Shown here piece after piece: positions 40,001 to 50,017 of a stretch of 64,000 nucleotides of DNA. Positions within the stretch are counted from its first letter, which is position 1. Every line of letters begins with the position of its first letter. Made by a program: the position numbers and the translations under genes. Under the pieces are notes generated by a model. That model made no database searches. It was not told the origin of the DNA and worked only from the letters and a program-made list of their open reading frames with translations. Source of the DNA: Botryllus schlosseri (lineage: Eukaryota); assembly GCA_051294905.1 (NCBI GenBank), contig CM119372.1, forward strand, positions 26,104,001-26,168,000, read 5' to 3'.

Positions 40001-43000
40001 TAATCTGAACTTGATTCTTAATTAAAGACGGTAATTCAGATATTCAAATCCTTTTTTATCGACCAAATACCCGGATTTGTGTTAGGTTATCATCTCATAT
40101 CACTGCATGTCACGCAGTGCGAAAAAGTACTTTTGATCACCTTTTACAATACTATGTCATGGCGTGTAGTTTGACATTTTGAGTAATATATGAAATTAAA
40201 AATTCGAACCGGTCAGCTCACCCGTGCAGCCGTCAACGTCTCTGGGATGGTTGCATACGCCGACATTCGGATCAAATACAGTACCAGGGGCGCATGGCCG
40301 TTTCATAGTTTTTTCTGGAAACACGCGATCAGAATGTCAACCACAAACAGATAAGTAAGTCCAAACTACTATTTTAAAATTATGGTTACCAGTGGTATCA
40401 AAAATCAAAACATTAAATATCATATATATCTGAACACAGAATCCCTCATTCGAATACACGAACCATATCCAAGGTGTGTTCTGGTAACTATAGCTCCACG
40501 CATAGTCAAGATGGTCACGGAGAAGCAACAGTAGCCATCTCACTGATGATGCTTTGTGCATGATTCGAATAAATGAGTATTAGGTTCAAAAGAGTTGAAA
40601 GGGGAAGCCACCATTGCATGAAATTTTCTAGACCGGGTTGTTGAGGTAGAAAAAGTTTAGAAACGCTGTTCCACAGCAAAACTATCATTTGCATCCAATG
40701 GTGCGGTCGAATTCTTACGGTGTGTAAATATAGACTTCTTGAGATGTAGCAGTACGAACCAATCACACTGCACCCTCCGCATAGCTTAATTTACCTACTT
40801 ACCTATAGTTACATAGGCCTACTCACTTAGTTACTTGATTAGATTCAAAGTCAGCCAGTTTTATTTCTATTTGAAGCAGTTATAAGTTGATCTTTAAAGT
40901 TCTATTTCTATAGTCCTATTTTGGTAGATATTGGCGTGGCTAATTCCACCTTTACTGGACCAGCTTACCTCACTACTTTGACGACAACTTTCACTATAGT
41001 ATACGCACATAATCGTAATCAGCCTCCCACATATGCGTGTTTAGGTCTGGGCGGAAGTGATTCTGCTTACTTTTTTTAGTTCTTGTTGTTTGTGACATTC
41101 ATGGTGTTTTCGACTACAATGACCCTTTACACCACGCCGATATTTCTTTTTTCACTCTGTAGCTGCCGACTTGTAGCACGGTCTACTTCTACTCTTTCTG
41201 TAAGACACCGCTTACGCGGATGAGATGGCTAGGAGGAGCCTAGATAAACCTCCAACACATTTTTAGTAATAAGCCTGCCAAACTTAGTGGTGGCTCGCGG
41301 AACCTTTCCAATCGGGTCCCGAACATAACAAGATTGTGAACCCCTGTTACACCGAATACTCCAATGATTATTGTTGCCATTGATTCAATGCAACTTTCGT
41401 GGTCGATTAAGCTGAATGTTATGTCACACTTTGCCACATTTGATCACTTCTAAATCTGTTTCTATCCTTTTAGTAGATCCTGGTGTATTATAATAATCGG
41501 TTCACCGATAATGGCGAGTTCATATTACACTTTGAAATAACTAAAGGCATCGGCCATCAGAAATTAAGAAATAATATCGGCAAGAGAACTATAATAATCT
41601 GCGACAGCTAGACTGAGTATACAGATCAACTTATAATAGCTTATGCAGATGTCCATATGCAGCCATAGTTTATTTCATTTCCAAGCAAAGTAATAGTTGT
41701 AAAGCTGTTCAATGACATGCTGCGAAATTTTAGAAATGCGTCTTAAGCTAGATGCCATATATGTTGCCTATCAGCCGAATATACCGGGGTATCGATGAAC
41801 TTGCTAGTTATCTGATTAATCGGCATCGGCTCAAAAATTCAATATCGGTCAGGCTCTATCTTTTAGTGTACCAATAACTTTTCGTAAGATGCAACTGAAA
41901 AGACTTCAATTTAATGTTAAGGTATTCTTGTACTTGTAGGGTTACCATATTCTGGTATCCGAAAAGGAGGACACTTTTCACAAATCAAAAAGTTACATGA
42001 CCGGAATAGAAAACTACTTTCAGAATTTTTACTGGAAATCTTCCAGTGTTGACTAAAAAATGGCATTTTTTCCAACTCTACTTCCGCATGACCCACCCTT
42101 CTACAAATACTGTTGTGTTGACAAAACAAAATTCCGAAAGACCCTTATTTCTCGCCATTTATGGCGTTTTTAGTTCGGCCTGTCCACTGGCTGTTAAAGC
42201 TATAAAGGAGGACGAATTCCCAAAAACGACGACATTTAGGCGTCCTCCATTTAGGCCTTTCAAAGAAGGACATGATGAAACCCTATGTAGGTTACTTGGT
42301 GCTGCGACAGGGTTGGAACCAAGTCACAAGGCTCCAAGTCGCAAGTCAATATCACTTTTATAGTTTTGACTCGATTGAAGTCGAGTCATTTTTAATTCGC
42401 CACCGAGTCAAGTCCTAGTCCAAATCAGCGAGCAGAGGGTCGAGTCCGAGTCGTGGTATTATGACTCGAATCCGAGTCCAAGTCATTGCGTTGACTGCTC
42501 ATTTTGAGTTAAAGTCTTGTTAAAACCATTTTTTAGAACTCTGTTTGGTGATATCAAATGGTTCGCATTTAAAATATACTAATTTTCCTCAATTTTAAGG
42601 GTTTCTGGTCGCCTTTTCACGCGCCGGTACCGATAGGTGAAATACCAACAGTGTGGTTACATTACTATTCTTCGAAATTACAATGAAATTTCGGTCTTGG
42701 CCGTCTGAGACCCGTGTCATATGACTTGGTCCGAGTCATGCGCAGACAAGTCGAGTCACGTCAAGTCATCAGCAAATCGCGACTCGAGTCACTGCAAACC
42801 TGCTGCGATGAAAGCAATCCTCAAGTTCTGCACCACCAACCAGCTGTTTTAATTCCAAATATTTTTCGAAATGCGATTCCCATAACTCGGTTGTCCATAG
42901 AAACGCAGTATTACTTTCGAAATGCTAATTCATGCGAATACATGAAACCTAAGTCTCATAGGGCCTGATCAGCGAAGGCATGTCTCAAGAACTTATATAC

Positions 43001-45197
43001 TTCATTTGAACACTCAAGTATAGGTTGCGCTCACGGACAGTAATTCATACTCAAGCGGTGTTGCTTGATAGACCGGTTTCATCTTCAATTCAATGATCTT
43101 GAGGTTACATTTTTGAATGAATTACATAAATACTGAAAAGCTTTTACAGACCACGGATACTCAAAAATCGTCTTTCAGTAGAAAAAAAGTGTTATTACTT
43201 GTTATATTGCATCTATAAATTATGACATCCTGGATTTTCCATTCTCTAACAGGCTAACCATATAAAGTCTGCATTATAATATCAGCCTTACTGTGTACGC
43301 ATTCATTGTAGAATTCAGAGCATTCTTGATATTCAAAAAGTGTCCCTTCCTTGAATTCGCCTTCGGAGCAAGGATCTCCCTTGATCACATCTATTTTAGA
43401 ATGAAATATATTCATAAGTAGTTAACCTTCTACATGAGAAGCATGCAATGCATAGTAAAATCTTACTGCCGCATCCCATGCTATCAGGGTGGTTGCAAAC
43501 ACCTATCTTTGTGTCGAACATCGTTCCTGCCCCGCATGACATCCTTACGGCGTTCCCTGTCGTCAGTGAATTGATCAGCTTAAAGCAGTGTACGGGTACT
43601 GTATTTCGGCCTCCTTACCGTGTACGCATTGATAATATGTTATACTGCATTCTTCAACAGTATATAGACTGCCGTCTTGATAAGTTCCATCCGCGCAAAG
43701 GTCTTTCGCGGTGATGCCTGGAATGGCAAACAGCGCGTATTGCAGTTAGTATAGGATAAAAAGCTCACTAGATAATATACCGTGGGAATAAATTCGCTCC
43801 TTTCACAAGCAACGAGAGTCGCAATCCTGTTAATTGCGCATTTCGGTTGATAGTGAACCGTTCATGTCTTTACAGCGGAAATATTTTGATGAATATGAAG
43901 AAACAAAGCATTCGGTGCGAGTTGGCTCCCAAGTAAAGTTTATAGGACTTATGATAATTCAAAATTATTGGGATCGTTTTCTGACGGCCGTTTACGTAAT
44001 TGCCTAACTTGTTTAACTATATGTTATCAGAAATTGTATTCATTCTGCCTGATATCAATTGTGAAATTTTTCCCAAACAATATTTGTGAGCGTTACTTAC
44101 TCAAATGATTTGTTACGAAGACGATGCTATAAAACACAACACACTCCTCCAGCTGTCTCTGTGACCATTTATCAGTGTTTTAAAAGCAGCGTTCGTTGCC
44201 CCAACCTGTTGTCAATCTCGTTGTATAGGCACATCCTTGGCCAGCAGATCTCATTATAGCACGGCCCACTTTTAGCCTTTTTTTTGTAAGACACCGCTTA
44301 CGCGGATGAGGTGGCGAGGAGGAGCCTAGATAGACCACTTAGGTATTATAAATCTGAAGTCGACCTTGGTCGGACTCGAACCCGCACCCATTGGTGTTGC
44401 AGCCGCCGAATATACCACTGCGCGATGTTGCCACGCATAAGAAGAGGTAGTTTACGTGCAAATACGATGCATAGCTAACCCTGATATCGATTATTTAGTC
44501 GCTTACAGGTGTTATCAGGTGCTCTGCCCATAGTTCGGAATAAAATGAAAGTGGTGATCATGATATTTTTTGTTGTATTCCAATTGTTTTTTGAAAATGA
44601 GCCATTCGTACTTGTTAAAGAGACAGCATTGTGCTGACCTAAAGTTTCAAAAATTCGGTTGTTAAATTGTGTTGACTATTTTATCGCGATGTTGATTTCA
44701 TGCGCCCCGCGGCCTCTACGATATTCGAAAAGTGGCCCGCGACCCGTTTTGAGTGGCGACCCCTGCAGTAAGCGAACTCGCATACCTCCATACGTCATTA
44801 ACTGCATTACATTTGCCATTAAAATAATTGGTTATATTTCTCAATGAAAGCGTTAGATGATAGCTTTCCAAATTATAACGAAGTTCGCAAATATAATATT
44901 AATTTAATTCATGCGCATATCTGAATACAATTAAAAGACAGCAATAGATTAATAAGCCCTTAATAATTGACTTGGTTTAATGTAGCCTAAAACATTGTAT
45001 ATGATCATCAAAACGACCATCATTGCGGTATGTTTGATACCTCGAAAGCGTCACTTTGTGGCAGAGTATCAAGAATGCAAGAGTCTACCATATATTAACG
45101 CTGGACCTTCCAACAAGCATAAAATCCACAATAACTTTATCTTACCTGCAACAAATGAAACATAAAGTAAGAACAAGCTACGTAAATGTCGAGACAT
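24948..45197 (-). CDS. 21-exon gene: secreted protein with 6 peritrophin-A/CBM14 chitin-binding domains and a hemicentin/VWA7-like vWA domain (711 aa)
   Basis: Manually spliced GT-AG exons: 45146-45197, 43619-43717, 43467-43556, 43292-43390, 40222-40314, 39295-39390, 39118-39213, 37835-37921, 37133-37228, 36978-37061, 36819-36914, 36699-36752, 36056-36097, 34271-34429, 33523-33638, 30123-30240, 29064-29195, 28870-28998, 28497-28558, 26984-27215, 24948-25051. Total 2136 nt, phases compatible, no internal stop. Six-Cys CBM14 pattern and MIDAS DDSGS present. The 28497->27215 junction is the least certain. Confidence 0.85.
25208..26397. mobile_element. hAT MITE, CAGGGGTGTCAAAC family, in last intron of CBM14-vWA gene
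   Basis: TIRs; perfect TSD CTATAGAG. Confidence 0.93.
25731..26109. mobile_element. nested hAT MITE, TAGGGTTACCATA family
   Basis: TATGGTTACCATA ... TATGGTAACCCTA; TSD GTATGGAA/GTATAGAA; GTCCTCC repeats. Confidence 0.85.
26984..27215 (-). CDS. CBM14-vWA gene exon 20, Cys-rich segment and CBM14 #6 first part
   Basis: CLAMKMCWDRSLSRCFCPAVGKCATELIPEHRSRCTNARGHVLCHPNVSQDYFVDSVRCDAFFTCKWGKATHHECEE. Confidence 0.8.
27435..28295. mobile_element. TIR element with CATGA termini
   Basis: CATGAGTGGGGCAGTTTTTTTA vs reverse-complemented right end CATGACTAGAGCAATTTTTTTA; no TSD found. Confidence 0.55.
28497..28558 (-). CDS. CBM14-vWA gene exon 19
   Basis: GLCGTSIVAGPSKGEYLCEAD; tacag acceptor, gtaagt donor. 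Confidence 0.7.
28870..28998 (-). CDS. CBM14-vWA gene exon 18, end of vWA
   Basis: GYSDRMEKAFYELAEETGGDIFILPKPETPNKMSSVLEEVSTA; LAxxTGG motif. Confidence 0.88.
29064..29195 (-). CDS. CBM14-vWA gene exon 17, vWA with Cys-rich loop and RRKR site
   Basis: RCAFIPVLTSCCGKCLWPCMVTGSDFCKQHVFERTRTLRRKRST. Confidence 0.85.
30123..30240 (-). CDS. CBM14-vWA gene exon 16, vWA
   Basis: KALHEVPDDNDGCKIFLFSDAVAKDVDRAYEVLQLLLRK; F[TS]DAxxKD motif. Confidence 0.9.
30360..31923. mobile_element. hAT MITE with (AATTAC)n arrays
   Basis: TIR CAGAGTTGGATCAATT; perfect TSD ATTCTGAC. Confidence 0.93.
33523..33638 (-). CDS. CBM14-vWA gene exon 15, vWA
   Basis: DAKLEIGPTTNSDDAINAINSLQTRGGWDCPEMAMAGIL; GGxDCPEM motif typical of hemicentin-type vWA. 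Confidence 0.92.
34271..34429 (-). CDS. CBM14-vWA gene exon 14, start of vWA domain (MIDAS DxSxS)
   Basis: ERTYVGFVIDDSGSMANEIEAVKQWLKGCVEGTKFLCGSEPTGGWIVSTFNDP. Confidence 0.92.
34980..35193. mobile_element. hAT MITE, TAGGGTTACCATA family
   Basis: TIRs; degenerate TSD AGCTATAA/AACTATAC. Confidence 0.8.
35457..35945. mobile_element. hAT MITE with ACTCGA repeats
   Basis: TGGGGCTGGGCA ... TGCCCGGTCCTA; perfect TSD CATGCGAG; right-end remnant also at ~61790-61834. Confidence 0.88.
36056..36097 (-). CDS. CBM14-vWA gene exon 13, Thr-rich linker
   Basis: EAPKQSTTTTEASR; tttcag acceptor, gtaact donor. Confidence 0.72.
36699..36752 (-). CDS. CBM14-vWA gene exon 12, Pro/Thr linker
   Basis: QSGSKTTPPHNVEPPATT; gtaaga donor. 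Confidence 0.75.
36819..36914 (-). CDS. CBM14-vWA gene exon 11, CBM14 #5 second half
   Basis: GKAYKMPCPEGLVFDTDILRCNWPSEVQGCDG; gtgagt donor. Confidence 0.9.
36978..37061 (-). CDS. CBM14-vWA gene exon 10, CBM14 #5 first half
   Basis: DEGCHGHDHGELYILDNNCYPYFYQCVH. Confidence 0.88.
37133..37228 (-). CDS. CBM14-vWA gene exon 9, CBM14 #4 second half
   Basis: GKPVKQPCAPGTIFNPDHSICDHPHNVEGCGA (lies within ORF 36804..37352). Confidence 0.92.
37835..37921 (-). CDS. CBM14-vWA gene exon 8, CBM14 #4 first half
   Basis: GNGGCNGHSNGELYVDGDGCFAFYYICNH. Confidence 0.88.
39118..39213 (-). CDS. CBM14-vWA gene exon 7, CBM14 #3 second half
   Basis: GTTYKMDCPKGLIFDDSLDICNWPSDVSICNS; gtaagc donor. Confidence 0.9.
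39295..39390 (-). CDS. CBM14-vWA gene exon 6, CBM14 #3 first half
   Basis: GTEDTDGCHGHDHGELYVPSDGCFTYFYQCSH. Confidence 0.88.
40222..40314 (-). CDS. CBM14-vWA gene exon 5, CBM14 #2 second half
   Basis: KKTMKRPCAPGTVFDPNVGVCNHPRDVDGCT; gtgagc donor. Confidence 0.9.
41070..41262 (-). mobile_element. SINE family B, 3' portion
   Basis: Matches the body and tail of 55828-56105. Confidence 0.8.
41937..42285. mobile_element. hAT MITE, TAGGGTTACCATA family
   Basis: TAGGGTTACCATA ... GAAACCCTA; GGAGGAC repeats. Confidence 0.72.
42308..42800 (+). mobile_element. hAT-type MITE with CGAGTC repeats
   Basis: Starts CAGGGTTGGAACC; flanked by direct repeat TGCTGCGA. Confidence 0.85.
43292..43390 (-). CDS. 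CBM14-vWA gene exon 4, CBM14 #2 first half
   Basis: NVIKGDPCSEGEFKEGTLFEYQECSEFYNECVH; gtaagg donor. Confidence 0.9.
43467..43556 (-). CDS. CBM14-vWA gene exon 3, CBM14 #1 second half
   Basis: GNAVRMSCGAGTMFDTKIGVCNHPDSMGCG; gtaaga donor. Confidence 0.9.
43619..43717 (-). CDS. CBM14-vWA gene exon 2, CBM14 #1 first half
   Basis: GITAKDLCADGTYQDGSLYTVEECSITYYQCVH; ccag acceptor, gtaagg donor. Confidence 0.9.
44258..44434 (-). mobile_element. SINE family B
   Basis: B box GGTTCGAGTCC and shared body. Confidence 0.85.
45146..45197 (-). CDS. CBM14-vWA gene exon 1, signal peptide
   Basis: MSRHLRSLFLLYVSFVA(G), then G|GTAAG donor. Confidence 0.75.
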
Positions 45198-45325
45198 CGT
45201 CAAAAGATTAATTAGACTGTCTTCACGCAACTGGTGACTGTAGTGTAACGTTCAAACCTGCGACAGGGATATCCTTGTATCCTAGACCATAAATTTCGAA
45301 CACTCCTTCTGTCATAAATGTTTCA

Positions 45326-45331
45326 TTTATA
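45326..45331 (-). promoter_or_regulatory. possible TATA box of CBM14-vWA gene
   Basis: TATAAA on the minus strand ~130 nt upstream of the ATG; motif only, in an AT-rich background. Confidence 0.25.
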
Positions 45332-45854
45332 ATAGCCACGGCCGATGTACGCATAGATCAATGTTTGCTTGTATGGCCAGACTCTCTTAAAGTGAGTAAA
45401 AGATCTGGTAATACCGCCTTGACGGTACGTTTATAGAAGCGACGCCGTGTAATGATTTTACATTAATCGGGCGGCGCAAACAGTGGTGATGTTGAAATCA
45501 ACGTTTACTAGACATTTTATAAGATATCATTCTTTGCACATCTCTCGTTGCCCGCGAACTCTAGGAATGGAGAACTGATTCATCTATTATTTTCATGAGT
45601 ACGATGACGGCTCAGCACAATGAGTAGTCGAATCCGAATCCAGTATCTATTATAACGGTTCGATTAATATTGAGGGTTAGCGATTTCTAGTTACGAGATA
45701 ATGCTTTCCGTAGAAGTAACTATTATTTTAACAGCAAAAAAGTCTGGAGACTTTATTCCCAACCTGAAAGCCTAGTATCGACGGTTTGTCTCGAAAGGTG
45801 TCATGAGACTATGTATATTCAATGAAAACGCCATTCAATTAAATTTATTATTAC

Positions 45855-46255
45855 CAATTTCATCATTTCAATAAATCACAACAATGGGATGCAATGAAAA
45901 GATAGAAAGGTGTCGATACGACTTGGAGTAGTCTTTGAAATCAGCCACCCACCTGGCCTTTGAGTCCATATACAATTCAGCCTGTTATTGAATTCGTATT
46001 ATTCACCCGGTCAATCTAATTTTTGCGGATGTAATATTTTCGAATTGGTCTGATGAACAAGACCATAGTCGTCAAGCACCATTAATCCACATACAGCAAC
46101 AACCCGCCTGGCCGATGCGACGTAAAAGTGAGGGAAACATACTGAATGAAAAGTAAACGGAGATATAGATAATATAAAAGGACAGGCGACAAAAATGGTG
46201 ATACGTGTCGGAAGGCGAGATCGATTTGTCAGGTTGTGGTTCGGTAACTCGCTAA
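45855..46255 (-). mobile_element. LINE 3' UTR fragment (same family as 46625-49433)
   Basis: Two blocks reverse-complementary to ~49300-49400 and ~49165-49240. Confidence 0.7.
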
Positions 46256-46624
46256 GCGATCAAACCGCATCGTCGTCACAAAGTATAGCCCTGATAAAGA
46301 AACACAAGACTATTTGCGATACCGTGTACTAGAAACAAACTCGACTCGGTTCGAAGCTTAATACGCAATTCGGGATACAATCGCTCAGGTAATCGATTTT
46401 GTCCATCCGTACTGCTTGTAGTATCGCCTCATTATACAGTAGTATATGTCTACAAAAAGAAGTATTTTTATGGTAAATTTTTCTTCCGACTTTGTACTTC
46501 GGACGGCCCACCGTGTAGTTCTAGTCGTGACTCGCCCGCCGTGTGCATTTTCATGTAAATAGTCATTTCTTGTAATACAACCAATACGAAACCAATAAGT
46601 AAGACGTTAACAGGTTCACGTTTA

Positions 46625-49433
46625 TTGATGTTCACATAGCCATCCACAAACTGAAATCGCACAAGGCCGTCGGCTATGACCAAATCCCATCATGGTTTTT
46701 AAAAAGGATGAGCTTGCATATCGGTCAGTATCAGAGGTGGTCAAAGTAATCAAGAAATCTACTCAAGTAGGAGTAGAAGTAGCGACGAAAAAAATCTAAT
46801 CAAGTACGAGTAGAAGTACTTCTTACATAGGCAACCTAAAACTACTTGAAGTAGAAGTAGAAGTGTCTGGCTTCAAATCTACTCAAGTAAGTAAGTAGTT
46901 GTGAAAACGATTGAAATTCGTTCGCATGGACTGTCAAACGCTGCAAATGGAGCTATGCGGAAGGTGTAGAGAGCTTGATTCATACTGATGCATCCCAGGA
47001 GACGTCAATTTTGGAGGCACAATTAACACTTTGCACGATTAGTATACGTTAATTAAAAATATGGCAGATCGCAAAAATGCCATATAGTGTATAGCTTTAT
47101 GGTCGGAAAGTATAAGGCATTTCAACATGTATGTTCTCCGGACAAAAGAACTGAAACTATAGTTAGAAGTCAACGTATAATACTCGTAATTCAAAGAAAA
47201 ATACAAATACTACTTCCAAAAAGCGGAAAATACATTTCATGTCTTTTGTCCAGAAAGTTTCAACGGTGGTCTGCTAAAACAGGTCTAACATCAGAAACAG
47301 TTTAGTCCACTTTTCCAGATTAGGACCCGTCATGGGCTGCTAGGTATAATAGGTAATTTCTAGATTGTGAAACGGTAGTTTCAAACACTATGGGCGCCAT
47401 ACTTACTGTGATGAAATATTTGATATAGGCGACAATGACGTCTGAACGGAACCAGGCAGCCCGGTATCTAAAGTATATTCAGCGATACTTTCGTTAAAAC
47501 GTAGTTGCCACTCTATCTTAACTCTGCGCGAAGCGCAACGAACATTCTGGGTATTTCATGACTTTTATGAAAATTAAACAGCCCCGAAATTCCTTAGGCT
47601 ATATTTCTTATTGGTGGATTAAATTACTTCTACTTGATAAACTGAAAATAGCGAAAAGTAAGTAAGTAGTTCACTAAATATTACGAAGTAGAAGTAGAAG
47701 TAGCGACAAAAAGATATACTTGAGTAAGTATCAGAAGTAGAGGAAAACTACTTGAGTACTTCGAAAAAGTAGAAGTACTTCGTTACTGACCACCTCTGGC
47801 TCAGTATATCGCCCATTTTTTCAACTTCATAATAGAAAATCAAGTCTACCAATGCTGTCTAAAAAGCCAGAGTTCCTGTAGTCCCTGTACACAAAGCTGG
47901 GGATAGAACTAATGTTACCAACTACCGTCCGATATCCGTTCTCCCATGCATCGGGGTTGTATTCGAAAAGTTGCTCCTCTACCGCCTATCCTCATTCCTC
48001 GCCAAAATGTTTGTCATTTCCCCACAACAATTTGGCTTCCGAAGCAAATACCAAACCTCACATGCCCTCCTACCAGTGGCAGAACAGTATTATGATATCT
48101 CAGAGAAGCGAAATGTCGGACGTAGCATTTTTTACGATCTAAAAAAAGCGTTTGAATTCTTATCTTGAAATTGGCGCGTTACGGGATCCGGGCCCACAAC
48201 TTGAGCTCATGACGCCAACAAATAGTTGCGATCTCAAACACATTGTCCTCTCCTCACCTCATGACTTGTGGTGTACCCCAAGGCTCAGTACTTGAACCGG
48301 TCATCTTCAACTTATATGTCAACGACATTTTTGAAACCTCCTCATTGAACACCACACTGTTCGCTGATGATACTCACCTCCTCTCTTCCGCATATTTGAC
48401 GGCAGAGATGGATGCCCTAACTAGTGACCAAATGCCCAAAGTGCATGAGTGAACTGCCGAGAATAACCTTTGCATAAACGCCATGAAATCTCAATTGCTG
48501 ACAGTAAATTCAAAAATGAACCTAACCGTTAACATCGCTGGTCAGCCCGTTTCCAACACAGATAATGCCAAATATCTCGGGGTTTACTGGACTCGGACAT
48601 GTCCTGGAAGAGTCATTCAGTCCCTAGACACTAAATTATCACCGAAGTGCGGCCTGTTCTACAGCCTTAGGCGCTTTATGCCAGCCTGGGTTCTTCTGAT
48701 ACTCTTTAAATCCCTAATCCAATCGAAGTTACATATGGCATCCTCTGTTGGGGGGCTGCCAATAAAGCTGCACTCGATCCGCTGCAAAAACTGCAACATA
48801 AATTACTCCGTATCGTAGCTAGGGCCACAAAGGGGCCTGGTTGCCCATCCAACAAGTCGCTGCTGAAGAGATTCGGTGTCCTAAACATAGAAGATATGCG
48901 GAAACTAGAAATCGTCGAGATGTGTCAGTTCCACTGCGGTCTTTGCCCCGAATATTTCAATGACTTCTTTACCTCGGAATCAAAAGCGCTCAAGTACAAC
49001 ACACACGCGTCCAAGTCGTCCAAATATCATATGATCGACCGAAAAGATCATCGCTCTATCAAATATGCCGGACCTGATGTGTGGAACAGTATCCCGCAGG
49101 CCATCCGACAGTCAACGAGTATGTCCACGTTTAAATCGAAATACAAGCAATTACTACTCCATCCTCAAGATTACCCGACCACAACTGACCTGTCGATATC
49201 GCTTTCCATGACATGACGCACCATTTCTTGTCGCTTTCTTTTTTCTATGCTATCTTTTTTACTTTTCGTTCAGTGTGCATGCTTCCTCTTTAGATCGCCT
49301 AGCCCTAGGTGGGTGTCGGATTGCATAGACTACTCCAAGTCGCTTCGACACCTTCCTATCTTTCCATTTTATCGCATTTTTGTGGTGTAACAAACTGACA
49401 AAAATTGCTAATAAACCAATGATGATGATGATG
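46625..49433 (+). mobile_element. 5'-truncated CR1/L2-type LINE (decayed RT), interrupted by a MITE
   Basis: KAVGYDQIP, VPVHKAGDRTNVTNYRPISVL, GVPQGSVL, LFADDT motifs with frameshifts; AATAAA followed by (ATG)n tail. Confidence 0.92.
46732..47798 (+). mobile_element. hAT MITE, CAGAGGTGGTCA family, copy 2 (inside LINE)
   Basis: TIRs; flanks GGTCAGTAT/GCTCAGTAT; LINE ORF resumes after it. Confidence 0.92.
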
Positions 49434-50017
49434 TTATCACACCTCACTAATTAATTGTAGTTAATCTCGCTATTGTGTATGAGATGGTGTGCGGTATCCG
49501 CAAGCTAGCGCCACGTGAACATAAGAATCATGATAGATTTGAATTTTATCATGAAGCTCTCCCCTGCTCACAGATCTCGTCTATCATGCGGTATTCGTTA
49601 TGTAGCAGATATCCATGATCTATAAGTATTAGTGACTTTCAATGCGAATAAACAAATTCGAAATTTTCCAATGCGATCGTGACCCTAATGACCTAATCTA
49701 CCATAACACAACAACAAATAAGCAGGTTTCGTCTTTAAAATCAGTCATCGATATTGCCAAAGGGTGGATAAACTAATAAATGTATATTTTGGAATGATAA
49801 AATTTAATCCACAGCTTCAACACATTACATAATCCTTTAAGCATTACCGCAATTCTGGAGTCAAACATTTGGACGAATAGTTTGAAAATCTAATAAAATA
49901 TTTTTGTCCGGTAATCATATACGTAGAATAAATGGAATTGGTTTAAGGCGGGCCTACACTACATAATACGTATTACTTAGAGTCTTAGACCCAGGTTTGA
50001 GTAGAAAGTGTGTAGAT

